The notes under the pieces are model-generated. The model had not been told where the DNA came from. It saw only the letters and a program-made list of their open reading frames with translations, and made no database searches. From Patescibacteria group bacterium (GTDB lineage: Bacteria; Patescibacteriota; Microgenomatia; Daviesbacterales; UBA10151): a DNA stretch of 46,481 bases. Positions 1-10,638 of this stretch are shown piece after piece; within the stretch, counting starts at the first letter, position 1, and the number at the start of each line of letters is the position of its first letter. The stretch lies in NCBI GenBank assembly GCA_023379125.1, contig JAMCSY010000006.1, forward strand, positions 1 to 46,481, in the 5' to 3' direction. Both the position numbers and the translations under genes were made by a program.

Positions 1-414
1 TTGCCTAGAATTTGGACGATACCCCTAGCTATTTTGTTTTGTGTTTTAACAATCTATTTTGGTTGGGGAGAGGTTAAGGGCCTTTATCAAATAAACAATC
101 CTAGCATTGTGACTGCTGGTAGGGCAGCAGATCAAATTTTGCCAAAAGATGCAATTGTGGTGGCTCCTTATCAGGGTGATACAGCTTTTTTATATCAAAC
201 AAACAGACCTGGGTGGCCAGTAGTGGCATATCCGATTAGTGTATTAATTTCGCAATACCATGTTACAGCTTATGTTTCCGTAAACTATGATGATAAAACA
301 AATTGGTTAATGAAAAAGTATACTGTTTTAGAACAGACCCCACAATTTGTGATTATTGACTTAACCAAGCAAAGAGAGCCTATTTTACCTGGAGAAGTGG
401 AGCCAAGTCAGTGA
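1..414 (+). CDS. 3' fragment of a membrane protein, probably a GT-C (ArnT/PMT, GT39-like) glycosyltransferase; 5' end lies outside the window
   Basis: Open frame from base 1. Last TM helix followed by a soluble domain (GDTAFLYQTNRPGWP) like the C-termini of CPR GT-C proteins. Stop overlaps the next GT gene (GTGA). Confidence 0.55.
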   Translation: MPRIWTIPLAILFCVLTIYFGWGEVKGLYQINNPSIVTAGRAADQILPKDAIVVAPYQGDTAFLYQTNRPGWPVVAYPISVLISQYHVTAYVSVNYDDKTNWLMKKYTVLEQTPQFVIIDLTKQREPILPGEVEPSQ

Positions 415-1610
415 AAATATTAATGCTGACACCTTATCTACCTTATCCACCCTCTTCAGGTGGGCAAATTCGTTCCTATAATCTAATCAAGCAATTATCA
501 AAGAAACATCAAATCACCCTTTATTCCCTAATTAAGGATGCTAAAGAAAAGCAGTTTGTACCAGAGTTGGAAAAGTATTGTCAGCAAGTTAAAGTATTTG
601 AAAGACCAACTAAGCCTTGGACTTTGAAGAATATCTTGAGAACTGCCTTTTCTTATTTTCCCTTCGTCGTGATAAGAAATCTTTCTGGAGAGGAACGAAA
701 AAGTGTTGCACAAATCTTGAAGACTGAGAAGTTCGATATTATTCATGCCGAAACATTTTATGTTTACCCGCACATTCCCAAAACAAAGATACCGGTCGTC
801 TTAGTTGATCAGACCATTGAGTACCAAGTTTACCAGCATTTTGTGGAGAGTTTTCGTTATTCTTTTCTCAAACCCTTGCTGTGGATTGATGTAATGAAGA
901 TTAAGTACTGGGAAACTCATTACTGGCAAAAGGCAGCCAGGACCGTAGCTGTATCTGATGCTGATGCACAAAAGATGGGAGAGATTGTGAAGGGCTTACA
1001 TGTTAGAGTAATTCCCAACGGTGTAGGTGAGGATTTGATGGATGAAACTCACTTACATTTTGCAAAAACAATTCTCTTTATGGGCAATTATGACTGGATG
1101 CAAAATATTGAAGCAGCTCGTTGCTTAGCTCAAGAAGTCTTTCCACTGATTTTGCAAAAAGTGCCCAATGCTAGATTAGTTATTGCTGGGCAACATACGG
1201 AGAAAATCCAAAACTTAAAAGCAGTAAACATTGAATTGTTGGACTTAAAAATTGAAGATACTAAGGGTGTAAAACGCGCCTATCGAGAATATGGTGTGTT
1301 AGTAGCGCCGCTTTATGGTCCAGGTGGAACTAGATTAAAGATTCTCGGGGCGATGGCAGCCAGAATGCCAGTTGTGACTACTGATATTGGTATCGAGGGG
1401 ATCGAAGCAGAAAATAACAGCTCAGTACTGTTTGATAAAACCCCTCAGCAACTAGCTCAGCTAACTATAAAAATTTTAGAGGATCGTGAGCTCTATGACA
1501 AAATTGCTAATAATGCGCGTAAGTTAGTCGAAGAAAAATATACATATCAAGCCATTGCTGATAAGCTTGATGCAATTTACAATGAGGTCCAAAAACCAAC
1601 CAATACATAA
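411..1610 (+). CDS. GT4 family glycosyltransferase
   Basis: N-terminal MKILMLTPYLPYPPSSGGQIR. C-terminal GGTRLKILGAMAARMPVVTTDIGIEG donor-binding region. Confidence 0.9.
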   Translation: MKILMLTPYLPYPPSSGGQIRSYNLIKQLSKKHQITLYSLIKDAKEKQFVPELEKYCQQVKVFERPTKPWTLKNILRTAFSYFPFVVIRNLSGEERKSVAQILKTEKFDIIHAETFYVYPHIPKTKIPVVLVDQTIEYQVYQHFVESFRYSFLKPLLWIDVMKIKYWETHYWQKAARTVAVSDADAQKMGEIVKGLHVRVIPNGVGEDLMDETHLHFAKTILFMGNYDWMQNIEAARCLAQEVFPLILQKVPNARLVIAGQHTEKIQNLKAVNIELLDLKIEDTKGVKRAYREYGVLVAPLYGPGGTRLKILGAMAARMPVVTTDIGIEGIEAENNSSVLFDKTPQQLAQLTIKILEDRELYDKIANNARKLVEEKYTYQAIADKLDAIYNEVQKPTNT

Positions 1611-2478
1611 GCATAAACTGAACATTGTTCAAGTAAACTATAATGCAGACGGTTATTTGATTGAATCACTCAAAACAATCAAGCATGTTAGCGATGAAGC
1701 AGACATTGCAGTCTGGATAGTTGATAACCATTCCACTGATCAGAGTATTGCTCAAAGTCAAGGGATTTATGATAAAGTCCACTATATTCTCAATCAAGAT
1801 AACAAAGGTTTTTCAGCAGCTAATAATCAAGCTCTCAAACAGATCAAAGAAGGTTTCATTTTGTGTCTAAATCCTGACACCAAATTGGAAGTAGACACGC
1901 TTGGCTACATGCTTGATTTTATGGAGAAAAATCCACAAGTAGGAGCAGCCAGTTGTAAAGTTGTTCATGAAGATCACAGTTTAGATTGGGGTTCACATCG
2001 CGGTTTGCCTACTCCTTGGGCCTCTTTGTTATATTTTTTAGGCAACGATCGGCTCTATCATTTATCAGATCGTAATATGCAGGTTCCTCATGAGGTTGAT
2101 GCAATTTCTGGCTCTTTTTTGCTCACCAAAAAGTCTGTTTTGGATCAAGTAGGTTTATTTGATGAAGACTATTGGCTATATGGTGAAGACTTAGATCTTT
2201 GTTTTAGGATTAAGCAAGCAGGCTTTAAGATTATGTATGTGCCAGAAGTGCAAGTTACTCATCTTAAAGGTATTAGTTCTGGTATCAAACAACATAGCCA
2301 GGATCTTACTACTGCAACTAAGATCTCACGACTGAGAGCTTTTAACTCATTTTATGAAACAATGAAAATTTTCTACGGTAAACATCTAGCTGCCAGTTAC
2401 CCCTTTTTTGTTAACTGGCTAGTTTATTTGGCAATTGATCTTAAGTGGCAATTGGCCAAAAGTAAACTTCGCGTATAA
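1582..2478 (+). CDS. GT2 family glycosyltransferase (WbbL/rhamnosyltransferase-like)
   Basis: VNYN, IVDNHSTD, NKGFSAANN, LNPD and GLFDEDYWLYGEDLDLC motifs. Start moved to the in-frame ATG at 1582. Confidence 0.9.
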   Translation: MRSKNQPIHKHKLNIVQVNYNADGYLIESLKTIKHVSDEADIAVWIVDNHSTDQSIAQSQGIYDKVHYILNQDNKGFSAANNQALKQIKEGFILCLNPDTKLEVDTLGYMLDFMEKNPQVGAASCKVVHEDHSLDWGSHRGLPTPWASLLYFLGNDRLYHLSDRNMQVPHEVDAISGSFLLTKKSVLDQVGLFDEDYWLYGEDLDLCFRIKQAGFKIMYVPEVQVTHLKGISSGIKQHSQDLTTATKISRLRAFNSFYETMKIFYGKHLAASYPFFVNWLVYLAIDLKWQLAKSKLRV

Positions 2479-2494
2479 TTTTTTAAAAAAACTA

Positions 2495-3607
2495 ATGAAA
2501 ATCTGTATCGATGGTAGATTATGGTTTGAAACTGGTGTTGGTCGGTATATTAGAAATTTAGTTGCAGAATTGGCAAAGCTTGATCAGAGTGATAGCTACT
2601 TTGTGTTACTTTTGAAAAAAGATTTTGGCAAAATTGATCTTACACATAATTTTACTAAAATTGAAGCAGACTTTCGTTGGTACACAGCAACTGAGCAAAT
2701 TAGACTACCAAAATTACTTAATAATCTACAGATAGATTTAGTGCATTTTCCTCACTTTAATGTTCCACTTTTTTATCAGGGAAAATTTGTAGTGACTATT
2801 CATGATTTAATCCATCAGCATTTTCAAACTCGTCATGCGACTACTCAAGATGGTTTGACTTATAAAGTTAAGACTTTGGGTTATAGGCACGTTTTTAATC
2901 ATGCAGCCAAGGGTTCACAAAATATCCTAGTACCTTCTCAGTTTGTTAAAAAACAACTTATTGAGCAGTGGCAAATTAGTCAGGCAAAGATTACCGTAAC
3001 TCCCGAAGGTGTAGAAAAAGATTTTTTAGCATTGGTGGATAAAACTAAGAATCAATTTCTTCAGGTTTCCCAAAAATATCAAATTCAAAAGCCGTTCATT
3101 TTTTATGTGGGTAATGCTCATCCTCATAAAAATATCCCTGGTTTAATCAAAGCTTATCAACTGGCTAAAAAACAAATTCCTCAATTAAGTTTAGTCCTAT
3201 CTGGGCCAGATAATTATTTTTGGAAAAAGATTAAAGAAAATTCTCCTAAGTCAGGTATAGTTTTTACCGGTTATGTGAGCGAGGAGGAGTTAGTAATGTT
3301 GTATCAAAACGCAGCGGCTTTTGTGATGCCTTCTTTTGAAGAGGGTTTTGGTATTCCTATCCTCGAAGCAATGGCGGCTGGTTGTCCTGTCATCTCCTCG
3401 AATGCTGCTTCTTTGCCAGAAGTAGGCGGTAACGCAATAGACTATTTTGATCCCCACAATGAACGCGAAATATCACAAAAAATAATTAATATAGCGAGTA
3501 GTCAAAAACCTTCAATAAAAACAGATCTGATCCAAAAACAGTTAGCGAAATTTAGCTGGACTAAGCTGGCTCAAACAACTTTGGAGGTGTATCGATCATG
3601 CACCTAA
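2495..3607 (+). CDS. GT4 family glycosyltransferase (mannosyltransferase-like)
   Basis: MKICIDGR..TGVGRY, VVTIHDL and PSFEEGFGIPILEAMAAGCPVI motifs. Start moved to the ATG at 2495. Confidence 0.9.
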   Translation: MKICIDGRLWFETGVGRYIRNLVAELAKLDQSDSYFVLLLKKDFGKIDLTHNFTKIEADFRWYTATEQIRLPKLLNNLQIDLVHFPHFNVPLFYQGKFVVTIHDLIHQHFQTRHATTQDGLTYKVKTLGYRHVFNHAAKGSQNILVPSQFVKKQLIEQWQISQAKITVTPEGVEKDFLALVDKTKNQFLQVSQKYQIQKPFIFYVGNAHPHKNIPGLIKAYQLAKKQIPQLSLVLSGPDNYFWKKIKENSPKSGIVFTGYVSEEELVMLYQNAAAFVMPSFEEGFGIPILEAMAAGCPVISSNAASLPEVGGNAIDYFDPHNEREISQKIINIASSQKPSIKTDLIQKQLAKFSWTKLAQTTLEVYRSCT

Positions 3608-4656
3608 GTTTAGTTCACGATGACTTGGTGCAATGGGGTGGAGCTGAAAAAGTTCTTAAAACCTTGTCAGACATTTTTCCAGAAGCTCCCATTTATACAT
3701 CTGTGGTTGATTTTGCAAATCCGATGATTAAACACAATTTTGCACACAAACAAATTGTGACCTCTTTTTTACAAAAAATACCAAGTTGGAAAACCTTCTA
3801 TCGAGCATTATTACCGCTCTATCCTCTGGCTTTTGAGCAATTCGATTTTTCGGAATATGATCTGGTGATCTCTCAGACTACACGCTTTGCCAAATCAATT
3901 ATTACTAAACCTGACACTAAACACATTTGTTATTGTCACACACCGCCTCGGTTTTTGTGGAGTTACCAAAACGATCAGTATCTGTTGCTAAAACCCTATT
4001 TTCACTACCTGAAAAGATACGATAAAATTACTGCTTCACGCGTCGATTATTGGTTAGCTGGATCAAAAAACGCTCAGCAACGTATCAAAGATATTTATGG
4101 AGTTGACTCACAAGTTATCTATCCATTTGTTGAGGAAAGATTGACTGATGTGTCAAATTTTGCTGGTGGGTACTTATTGGTAATTTCTCGACTTAATCGT
4201 TACAAGCGTGTTGATTTAGTTATTAAAGCTGCTCAGCAACTAAAATTGCCTCTGAAAATTGTTGGCCAAGGACCAGAAGAAGGCCATCTACATAGTATTG
4301 CTAAGGGAGATATAGAATTTGTTGGTGTGGTCAGTCAACAACTGCTAGAGAGATTAGTTGCTGGTTGTAAAGCCTTAGTGGTAGCGGGAGTTGAAGATTT
4401 TGGTCTAACTCCCATAGAAGCAGAGAGCTTTGGCAAACCTGTGATTGCTTTTGGCCAAGGTGGAGCTTTAGAAAGTGTTATAGATGGTCAGACTGGATAT
4501 CTCTTTGATAAACAAATCGTGGCAAGTTTAGTTGAAGCTTTATTGAAGCTGGAAGAAAAAGGTTATAATGAAAAAGCCTGCTTGCAAAAAGCTCAACAAT
4601 TTAGCAAAAATAAATTTACATCTGAATTTACGAGTTTGGTAAAATCTTATGCCTGA
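3598..4656 (+). CDS. GT4 family glycosyltransferase (WbaZ-like)
   Basis: LVHDDLVQWGGAEKVL, HICYCHTPPR and EDFGLTPIEA motifs. Confidence 0.9.
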   Translation: MHLSLVHDDLVQWGGAEKVLKTLSDIFPEAPIYTSVVDFANPMIKHNFAHKQIVTSFLQKIPSWKTFYRALLPLYPLAFEQFDFSEYDLVISQTTRFAKSIITKPDTKHICYCHTPPRFLWSYQNDQYLLLKPYFHYLKRYDKITASRVDYWLAGSKNAQQRIKDIYGVDSQVIYPFVEERLTDVSNFAGGYLLVISRLNRYKRVDLVIKAAQQLKLPLKIVGQGPEEGHLHSIAKGDIEFVGVVSQQLLERLVAGCKALVVAGVEDFGLTPIEAESFGKPVIAFGQGGALESVIDGQTGYLFDKQIVASLVEALLKLEEKGYNEKACLQKAQQFSKNKFTSEFTSLVKSYA

Positions 4657-5389
4657 AAAGAAAGATAATTTTATGAACGGTGATCAAGACTTAGCAGCAG
4701 TAGAATTTTCTCTAGAAGCAGAAGCCGCAGAAAACGGTGCTTTGGAAATACAAAATAATTTTGTTTACTTATTTCTCAAACGAGCTGTGGATGTTTTTGG
4801 GTCTGTGATTGGGATAGTCTTACTTTCTCCGTTCATGCTGCTCACGATTTTAGCAATTAAGATGGATTCAGAAGGACCCATTTTGGCTAATACTCCAAAA
4901 AGGGTGGGTAAAGATGGTAAGCTTTTTCGGATGTATAAATTCCGATCAATGTACAAAAACGCGATCCAAATTTTACAACGTGACCCTAAGCTAATGGAAG
5001 AATATAAGAAGAATAGCTATAAACTTAAAAATGACCCTCGTATTACCAAGGTTGGTAAATTTATCCGCAAATATTCAGTAGATGAAATGCCACAATTTTT
5101 TAACATCTTAAAAGGGGAGATGAGTTTTGTGGGACCACGAGCTTATTATCCTTTTGAATTAGAAGAGCAACAGAAAAAATACCCCAACAGTCGTAAACAC
5201 GTCAAAATTATTCTACGCGCCAAACCAGGATTAACTGGTGTATGGCAAGTCTCCGGCAGATCAGAAGTTAATTTTGACAAACGAGTGGAAATGGATGCTT
5301 TGTATGTGCAAAAGAAATCAATAGTCTATGATCTACTTATCATTTTAAGAACTGTACCAGCAGTACTTTTTGGACGGGGCGCTATTTAA
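4649..5389 (+). CDS. Priming polyprenyl-phosphate sugar phosphotransferase (small monotopic PGT; WbaP/WcaJ C-terminal type)
   Basis: KRAVD, FRMYKFRSM, DPRITKVGKFIRKYSVDEMPQ, GEMSFVGPR and KPGLTGVWQVSGR motifs. Confidence 0.92.
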   Translation: MPEKKDNFMNGDQDLAAVEFSLEAEAAENGALEIQNNFVYLFLKRAVDVFGSVIGIVLLSPFMLLTILAIKMDSEGPILANTPKRVGKDGKLFRMYKFRSMYKNAIQILQRDPKLMEEYKKNSYKLKNDPRITKVGKFIRKYSVDEMPQFFNILKGEMSFVGPRAYYPFELEEQQKKYPNSRKHVKIILRAKPGLTGVWQVSGRSEVNFDKRVEMDALYVQKKSIVYDLLIILRTVPAVLFGRGAI

Positions 5390-5497
5390 ATTGTATAATT
5401 TGGTAGTAGTAAAAATTATCAGCAAACTTTAGAATAAAGAATGTGCTTAAAATTTGCCCAGCCCCGAATTAACTAATTAACTATTGAAGGTAATCTT

Positions 5498-7399
5498 ATG
5501 GCTTTGAAGAATCTAAACAAGAAATTAACTAAGATAGACTTAAATCAACGGAGTCAAGGAAAGGCAGGTAAAAAATTGTTGATTAAAATTGTTATAGCTT
5601 TGGTTATTCTGGGACTGGCCATTGGTTTGCCGGTCAGGTCAATAATGGTGCAAGCCAAACAACTATCTGCAGCCTCAAAAGTCTTATCAGCTGGTCTGAA
5701 ATCACAAGATTTAGATCAAATAAAAACTGGTTTAGCCGATACAAAAACAGCAGTTGATGGTATTAATACTTCGCTAAAGTGGTTAATCTGGATACGTCCC
5801 ATACCCTTTGTTGGAGGATATTATGCTGATGCCCAACATTTTGCCAAAGCTGGCTCATTGGATCTGCAAGCTGCACAAATTATGGTGGATCAACTGGAGC
5901 CGCGAAAAACTGAGTTAGGTTTAAATGGCCAAGCTCCGGTTGGTCAAGATCGAATTGCTCAGGCAGTTAAAATATTAAATGCTGTTTTACCACAGACTGA
6001 CAAGATTCAACCTTTATTGCATCAAGCAAGGGGCGAAGTGGATTCAATTGATACCAGTAAATATCCAGCCAGTTTTCGCGGTACCTCTGTCCGTAGTAAA
6101 GTAGAGTTGGGTAAACAACTGATCAGTGGGGTAGATGTATTACTGACAGATAATAAAGATTTATTACAAATGGCCCCCCAGGCACTAGGTAGTGATCAGC
6201 AAAAAACTTATTTGTTACTTTTCCAGAATGATAAGGAGCTACGAGCAACTGGTGGATTTATCACTGCTTATGCTTTCTTGGATATTAATAAGGGTAAGTT
6301 TACTACTTCATCCTCGGATGATATTTATCGCCTCGATGAACGATTGATTGAAGCCTGTCAGAGTAAGATCTGTGATTTGAAACCACCAGCTCCAATTGTG
6401 GCTTATTTGCCTGAGGTGGATGGAAAGCCTAGAGGTGCTTGGTCCATGCGTGATTCCAATCTTTCTCCAGATTTACCGACCTCAGCTCAGCAATTTGAGA
6501 GAATGTATAAAATGTTAGGCACAGGTTTGCCTTTTGATGGAATTATTACTATTGATACTCAGGTGGTTGAGGATTTAATTAGTATCACTGGACCAATTGA
6601 TGTTTATGGAACAACTTACAGTGCTAATACTGATCCGAGATGTAATTGTGCCAATGTTATTTATGAGCTAGAACATTATTCAGAAATTGCAGCTCAAGGA
6701 GAAACGGATCGTAAAGCAATTTTGGGAACACTGATGCAGCAAATATTGTCTAGGTCACTAAGTGCTGGGCCAGACCAGCTACCTACTTTGATCCAAACTG
6801 GTATTAATTTAGCCAATGATAAGCACATTATGTTCTATATGCATGATCAAAATCTGGAAAGCGCGCTTGCCAAGCTTAACTGGACTGGACAAATTCTGTC
6901 TTCCCAAGGTGATTATTTACACCTTAATGATTCTAATTTTGCTGGAGGGAAGTCTAATCTTTATGTTGAGGAGAATGTCACAATGGAAATAAATATTGGT
7001 AAAGATGGTCAAGTAACTAATACAGTTACTATTGATTATAATAACCCCCAGCCATACAATACCTGGCTTAATGCTATTAACAGAGATTATGTGAGATTGT
7101 ATGTGCCTTCAGGGTCAAAATTGGTTAACTCCAGTGGCTCAGATATCAAAGTGACTACTCAAACTGATGATACTTTGAATAAGACATATTTCGAAGCATT
7201 TATTACTGTCAGGCCTCAAAATTCCAGACAACTCTCTTTTGAGTATACTTTACCAAAGACATTCTCTGGAAAAACTTATCCCTTATTAATTCAAAAACAA
7301 CCTGGGACCAAAGATTTTCACTATACAATTAAAATTAACGGTAAACAAAAAGCAGCCTTTGATCTCACTACAGATAAAACTTTAGACCTCGCGATCTAA
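5498..7399 (+). CDS. DUF4012-like membrane-anchored protein, typical of exopolysaccharide loci
   Basis: N-terminal TM helix; YLLLFQNDKELRATGGF, RDSNLSPDLPTSA and RDYVRLYVPSGS motifs. Confidence 0.8.
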   Translation: MALKNLNKKLTKIDLNQRSQGKAGKKLLIKIVIALVILGLAIGLPVRSIMVQAKQLSAASKVLSAGLKSQDLDQIKTGLADTKTAVDGINTSLKWLIWIRPIPFVGGYYADAQHFAKAGSLDLQAAQIMVDQLEPRKTELGLNGQAPVGQDRIAQAVKILNAVLPQTDKIQPLLHQARGEVDSIDTSKYPASFRGTSVRSKVELGKQLISGVDVLLTDNKDLLQMAPQALGSDQQKTYLLLFQNDKELRATGGFITAYAFLDINKGKFTTSSSDDIYRLDERLIEACQSKICDLKPPAPIVAYLPEVDGKPRGAWSMRDSNLSPDLPTSAQQFERMYKMLGTGLPFDGIITIDTQVVEDLISITGPIDVYGTTYSANTDPRCNCANVIYELEHYSEIAAQGETDRKAILGTLMQQILSRSLSAGPDQLPTLIQTGINLANDKHIMFYMHDQNLESALAKLNWTGQILSSQGDYLHLNDSNFAGGKSNLYVEENVTMEINIGKDGQVTNTVTIDYNNPQPYNTWLNAINRDYVRLYVPSGSKLVNSSGSDIKVTTQTDDTLNKTYFEAFITVRPQNSRQLSFEYTLPKTFSGKTYPLLIQKQPGTKDFHYTIKINGKQKAAFDLTTDKTLDLAI

Positions 7400-7452
7400 T
7401 TTTACATATGTATAATGCCTGATATAGGCTAATCAGTGTATAATCTTCGAGT

Positions 7453-8094
7453 ATGCCAGCTGCTACTTCAGAGGGAATTATTATTAAAAGAACTAACTTT
7501 GGGGAAGCTGATCGAATTCTGACCATTGTTACTCCCTTTAAAGGCAAAATCAGGGTTTTGGCAAAAGGTGTCAGACGCATAACCTCACGCCGAGGTGGTA
7601 ACGTGGAACTGTTAAATAAACTGAAATTCCAGATCTTTACTGGAGCAGGTTTACCGATCCTGACTGAAGCTGAAAGCATCCAGACTTATCCAAAAATAAA
7701 AAGTGACATTATTTTATCTGCCTATGCTTCTCATATCACTGAATTGATGGAAAGGTTATTACCAGAGGATCAGCCTAATTTAGCCTGTTACAAACTACTC
7801 AACTCCGTTTTAGATTTACTCGAGAAAAATCCACGGCAAATCTTTATTCGTGCTTTTGAGGTCAAAATACTGACTGTATTAGGATTTTGGTCTTTGAACC
7901 AAATTGATGCTTCTGATAAGATTAAACATCTGCTGGACTTATTATTAAAAGATAGTTGGCAAGAGTTAGCTGGTCTGCAGCTTGATGCTGAGACTGCCCT
8001 AGAAGTTGAAAGAATACTACGTTATTATATAGAGGGTATTTTAGAGGCATCATTACGTAGTGTAAAGGTTCTGCAGAAGATTAAAGAAAACTAA
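7453..8094 (+). CDS. recO: DNA repair protein RecO
   Basis: EGIIIKRTNFGEADRILT..GKIRVLAKGVRR N-terminal OB fold; sits directly upstream of glycyl-tRNA synthetase. Confidence 0.92.
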   Translation: MPAATSEGIIIKRTNFGEADRILTIVTPFKGKIRVLAKGVRRITSRRGGNVELLNKLKFQIFTGAGLPILTEAESIQTYPKIKSDIILSAYASHITELMERLLPEDQPNLACYKLLNSVLDLLEKNPRQIFIRAFEVKILTVLGFWSLNQIDASDKIKHLLDLLLKDSWQELAGLQLDAETALEVERILRYYIEGILEASLRSVKVLQKIKEN

Positions 8095-8095
8095 C

Positions 8096-9418
8096 ATGGA
8101 TAAGCAAAATTTGCTAGAAAAATTAGTAGCTCTTTGTAAAAGGCGCGGCATTATCTTTCCCGGCTCAGAAATTTATGGTGGTTTGGGAGGCACTTGGGAT
8201 TTTGGACCAGTTGGAGCAGAGATTAAGAAGAACTTGAAAGATCTCTGGTGGAAGGAAATGGTACAACTCAGAGATGATGTAGTAGGGATTGATTCAGCAA
8301 TTATCTTAAATCCCAGAGTTTGGGAAGCCTCAGGACATGTGGAAGCTTTCACTGATCCCCTAGTGGAGTGTAAAGTTTGTCATGCTAGGTTTCGCGCTGA
8401 TCACCCAGAGGAAATTGCTGAGCATGAAAAAACTCATGATAAAAAACCCCAGTGGACAGATCCTCAAAAATTTAACTTGCTGGTTAGATCCTATCTGGGT
8501 GTGCTCGAAGGCAAAGAAACTGAAGTTTTCTTAAGAGGTGAGATTACTCAGGGTGTTCATGTAGATTTCAAAAATGTGGTTAATTCTACGAGAGTAAGGA
8601 TCCCTTTTGGGATTGCGCAAATCGGTAAAGCTTTTCGTAATGAGATTACCCCCGGAAATTTCATTTTCCGCTCGCGAGAGTTTGAACAAATGGAAGTTCA
8701 ATTTTTTATCAAACCAGATGAACAAGAAGGGATGAAATGGTTTGAATATTGGAAGAAAAATAGATTGGACTGGTATATTAGTTTGGGAATTAGTCCTGAC
8801 CATCTAAGATTCCATGATCATGAAGAAGGGGAAAGGGCCCACTATGCTAAGGCTGCTACTGATATAGAATACGATGCTCCTTGGGGTTGGGCAGAATTTA
8901 TGGGAATTCACCATAGAGGTGATTGGGACTTATCCAGACATCAAAAGTTCTCTGGCCAGGATTTAACATACAAAGATCCAGAAACTGGGGGGAGTTTTTT
9001 GCCTTGGGATATTGAGACATCAGCTGGTGTGGACAGGTCTATTTTATTCTTGCTATTGGAGGCCTACCAAGAAGATGGCAAGAGGGTCTATTTAAAATTG
9101 GACCCCAGATTGGCTGCTTATAAAGCAGCAGTCTTCCCCTTACTGGCTAACAAACCAGAGCTAGTGGAAAAGGCAAATATAATTTATCAAAAATTAAAAC
9201 AGGACTTAATGGTAGCTTGGGATAGTCGGGGTAACATTGGTGGTCGGTATGCTGCTCAGGATGAGATCGGGACACCATTTTGTATCACAGTTGATTTTCA
9301 AACTTTAGAAGATAACACAATAACTATCAGAGATAGAGATACAGCTCAACAAGAAAGAGTTAAAATTGAAGACTTGGCAAGGATGTTAAGCAGCAAAATA
9401 AATGAGCCTAAAAACTGA
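8096..9418 (+). CDS. glyQS: Glycine--tRNA ligase, alpha2 (eukaryote/archaea-like) type
   Basis: LCKRRG..EIYGG, IAQIGKAFRNEITP..FRSREFEQME and QDEIGTPFCITVD motifs. Confidence 0.97.
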   Translation: MDKQNLLEKLVALCKRRGIIFPGSEIYGGLGGTWDFGPVGAEIKKNLKDLWWKEMVQLRDDVVGIDSAIILNPRVWEASGHVEAFTDPLVECKVCHARFRADHPEEIAEHEKTHDKKPQWTDPQKFNLLVRSYLGVLEGKETEVFLRGEITQGVHVDFKNVVNSTRVRIPFGIAQIGKAFRNEITPGNFIFRSREFEQMEVQFFIKPDEQEGMKWFEYWKKNRLDWYISLGISPDHLRFHDHEEGERAHYAKAATDIEYDAPWGWAEFMGIHHRGDWDLSRHQKFSGQDLTYKDPETGGSFLPWDIETSAGVDRSILFLLLEAYQEDGKRVYLKLDPRLAAYKAAVFPLLANKPELVEKANIIYQKLKQDLMVAWDSRGNIGGRYAAQDEIGTPFCITVDFQTLEDNTITIRDRDTAQQERVKIEDLARMLSSKINEPKN

Positions 9419-9782
9419 AATTGATAATGATGGTGGATTTATTACAGCGCCTGAAGAGGTTTTATGGAAAGTTTTACCAAGGTATTCTCCTATCGAAAAA
9501 TGGTGGAGGATAAATCTTCTTAAACTAAGAAGTGCTATAGCCGGAATATTACCTAACAATAGAAGTTGCTCATTAACAGATAGATACTTATTCGCTCAAG
9601 TGTATGCTAGTAAGAAAGAAGCGTATTTAGCTTGGGCTAGGCGTATTGAATTGGGAGCAATGGATAGTTTAACGATAGTCAACGAACCACATGGTTTGCG
9701 GATTGCACAGGAGACTACCCAAAACGATATACTTCATTTACAATTAACTAGTGGACAGGATACAGCTTCTCAAGGCACATAA
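9402..9782 (+). CDS. Hypothetical protein
   Basis: 126-aa ATG ORF filling the gap between two genes and overlapping both; no recognisable motif. Confidence 0.55.
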   Translation: MSLKTEIDNDGGFITAPEEVLWKVLPRYSPIEKWWRINLLKLRSAIAGILPNNRSCSLTDRYLFAQVYASKKEAYLAWARRIELGAMDSLTIVNEPHGLRIAQETTQNDILHLQLTSGQDTASQGT

Positions 9783-10599
9783 AATTACAGTTTTATTAAT
9801 TAGTATCGTAGTATTGGTGGTAATTGCTGCAGCATTTTTTGTTTATAAACAGGTGATCGTCAAGTCTTCTCAGCAGCAGGCAGATTTGCCAGAAAAAGAA
9901 CTATCTTTTGATCCGGAAGGACCTTATTCTGTTTTAACTCCACGTAGAGATGGCAAAGCAATGGAGGTAAATATTAAAAGAACTGCCTCTTTTGATTCAA
10001 TTGGTTATGAGTTGGTTTATAACGCTCAAGGTGTTGATCGAGGGGTGACAGGTGATATTAATACTCAGGACAAACAGGGAGAATATAATCAGGAAGTCTT
10101 ATTTGGTTCCTGCTCAACCGGAGGAAAATGTGTTTATGATGAAGGGGTGGAAAATGGCACGCTTACACTACATTTTAAACAAGGCAATCAGCCTTATCGG
10201 ATAACTACTCAGTGGCATTTGCAGCAGCCTGATATTGCTTTGGGCACTCTAACCTCTGGAGATGGGCACTTTACTTACCAACTTGATCCTAGTAAGAATA
10301 ACCTAAATTTAATTCAATATTCTATTATAAATGATCTCTCTGGAGCTCCCAAACTTCCCTCAGATAAACAAATTGTTGGTAAAGTTTATGCCCTAAATGT
10401 GCCAGTAGCAAAGGATCTACCAGCTGGGCAAGTGACCATTGAACTTCCGACAGATGCTCCAACAGGGTCCAAAATAGCCAGGTATACAGATGAAGATGGT
10501 AGTTGGACTGAGTTGGATACACAGGTTAATGGTAGTACCTTAAAAGCAAATTCCCCCGGTAGTGGTATCTTCACAGTTTTTGCAACTCCACAATCTTAA
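9751..10599 (+). CDS. Membrane-anchored extracellular beta-rich hypothetical protein
   Basis: Single N-terminal TM; Cys pair (FGSCSTGGKCVYD); C-terminal beta-sandwich-like region. Confidence 0.75.
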   Translation: MDRIQLLKAHKITVLLISIVVLVVIAAAFFVYKQVIVKSSQQQADLPEKELSFDPEGPYSVLTPRRDGKAMEVNIKRTASFDSIGYELVYNAQGVDRGVTGDINTQDKQGEYNQEVLFGSCSTGGKCVYDEGVENGTLTLHFKQGNQPYRITTQWHLQQPDIALGTLTSGDGHFTYQLDPSKNNLNLIQYSIINDLSGAPKLPSDKQIVGKVYALNVPVAKDLPAGQVTIELPTDAPTGSKIARYTDEDGSWTELDTQVNGSTLKANSPGSGIFTVFATPQS

Positions 10600-10603
10600 A
10601 GTC

Positions 10604-10632
10604 TTGTCCCAATCAGATTATGCTGTCATAAT
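10604..10632 (+). promoter_or_regulatory. sigma70-type promoter (TTGTCC-17-CATAAT with TG extension)
   Basis: TTGTCC at 10604-10609, TGt-CATAAT at 10624-10632; 6 nt separate it from the ATG at 10639. Confidence 0.55.
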
Positions 10633-10638
10633 AAATAT

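Noticed and set aside
4637-4648. TGg-TAAAAT before the sugar transferase as another leaderless promoter
   Set aside because: Only 3 nt from the ATG at 4649, too close; it may serve the ATG at 4673 instead. Not counted.
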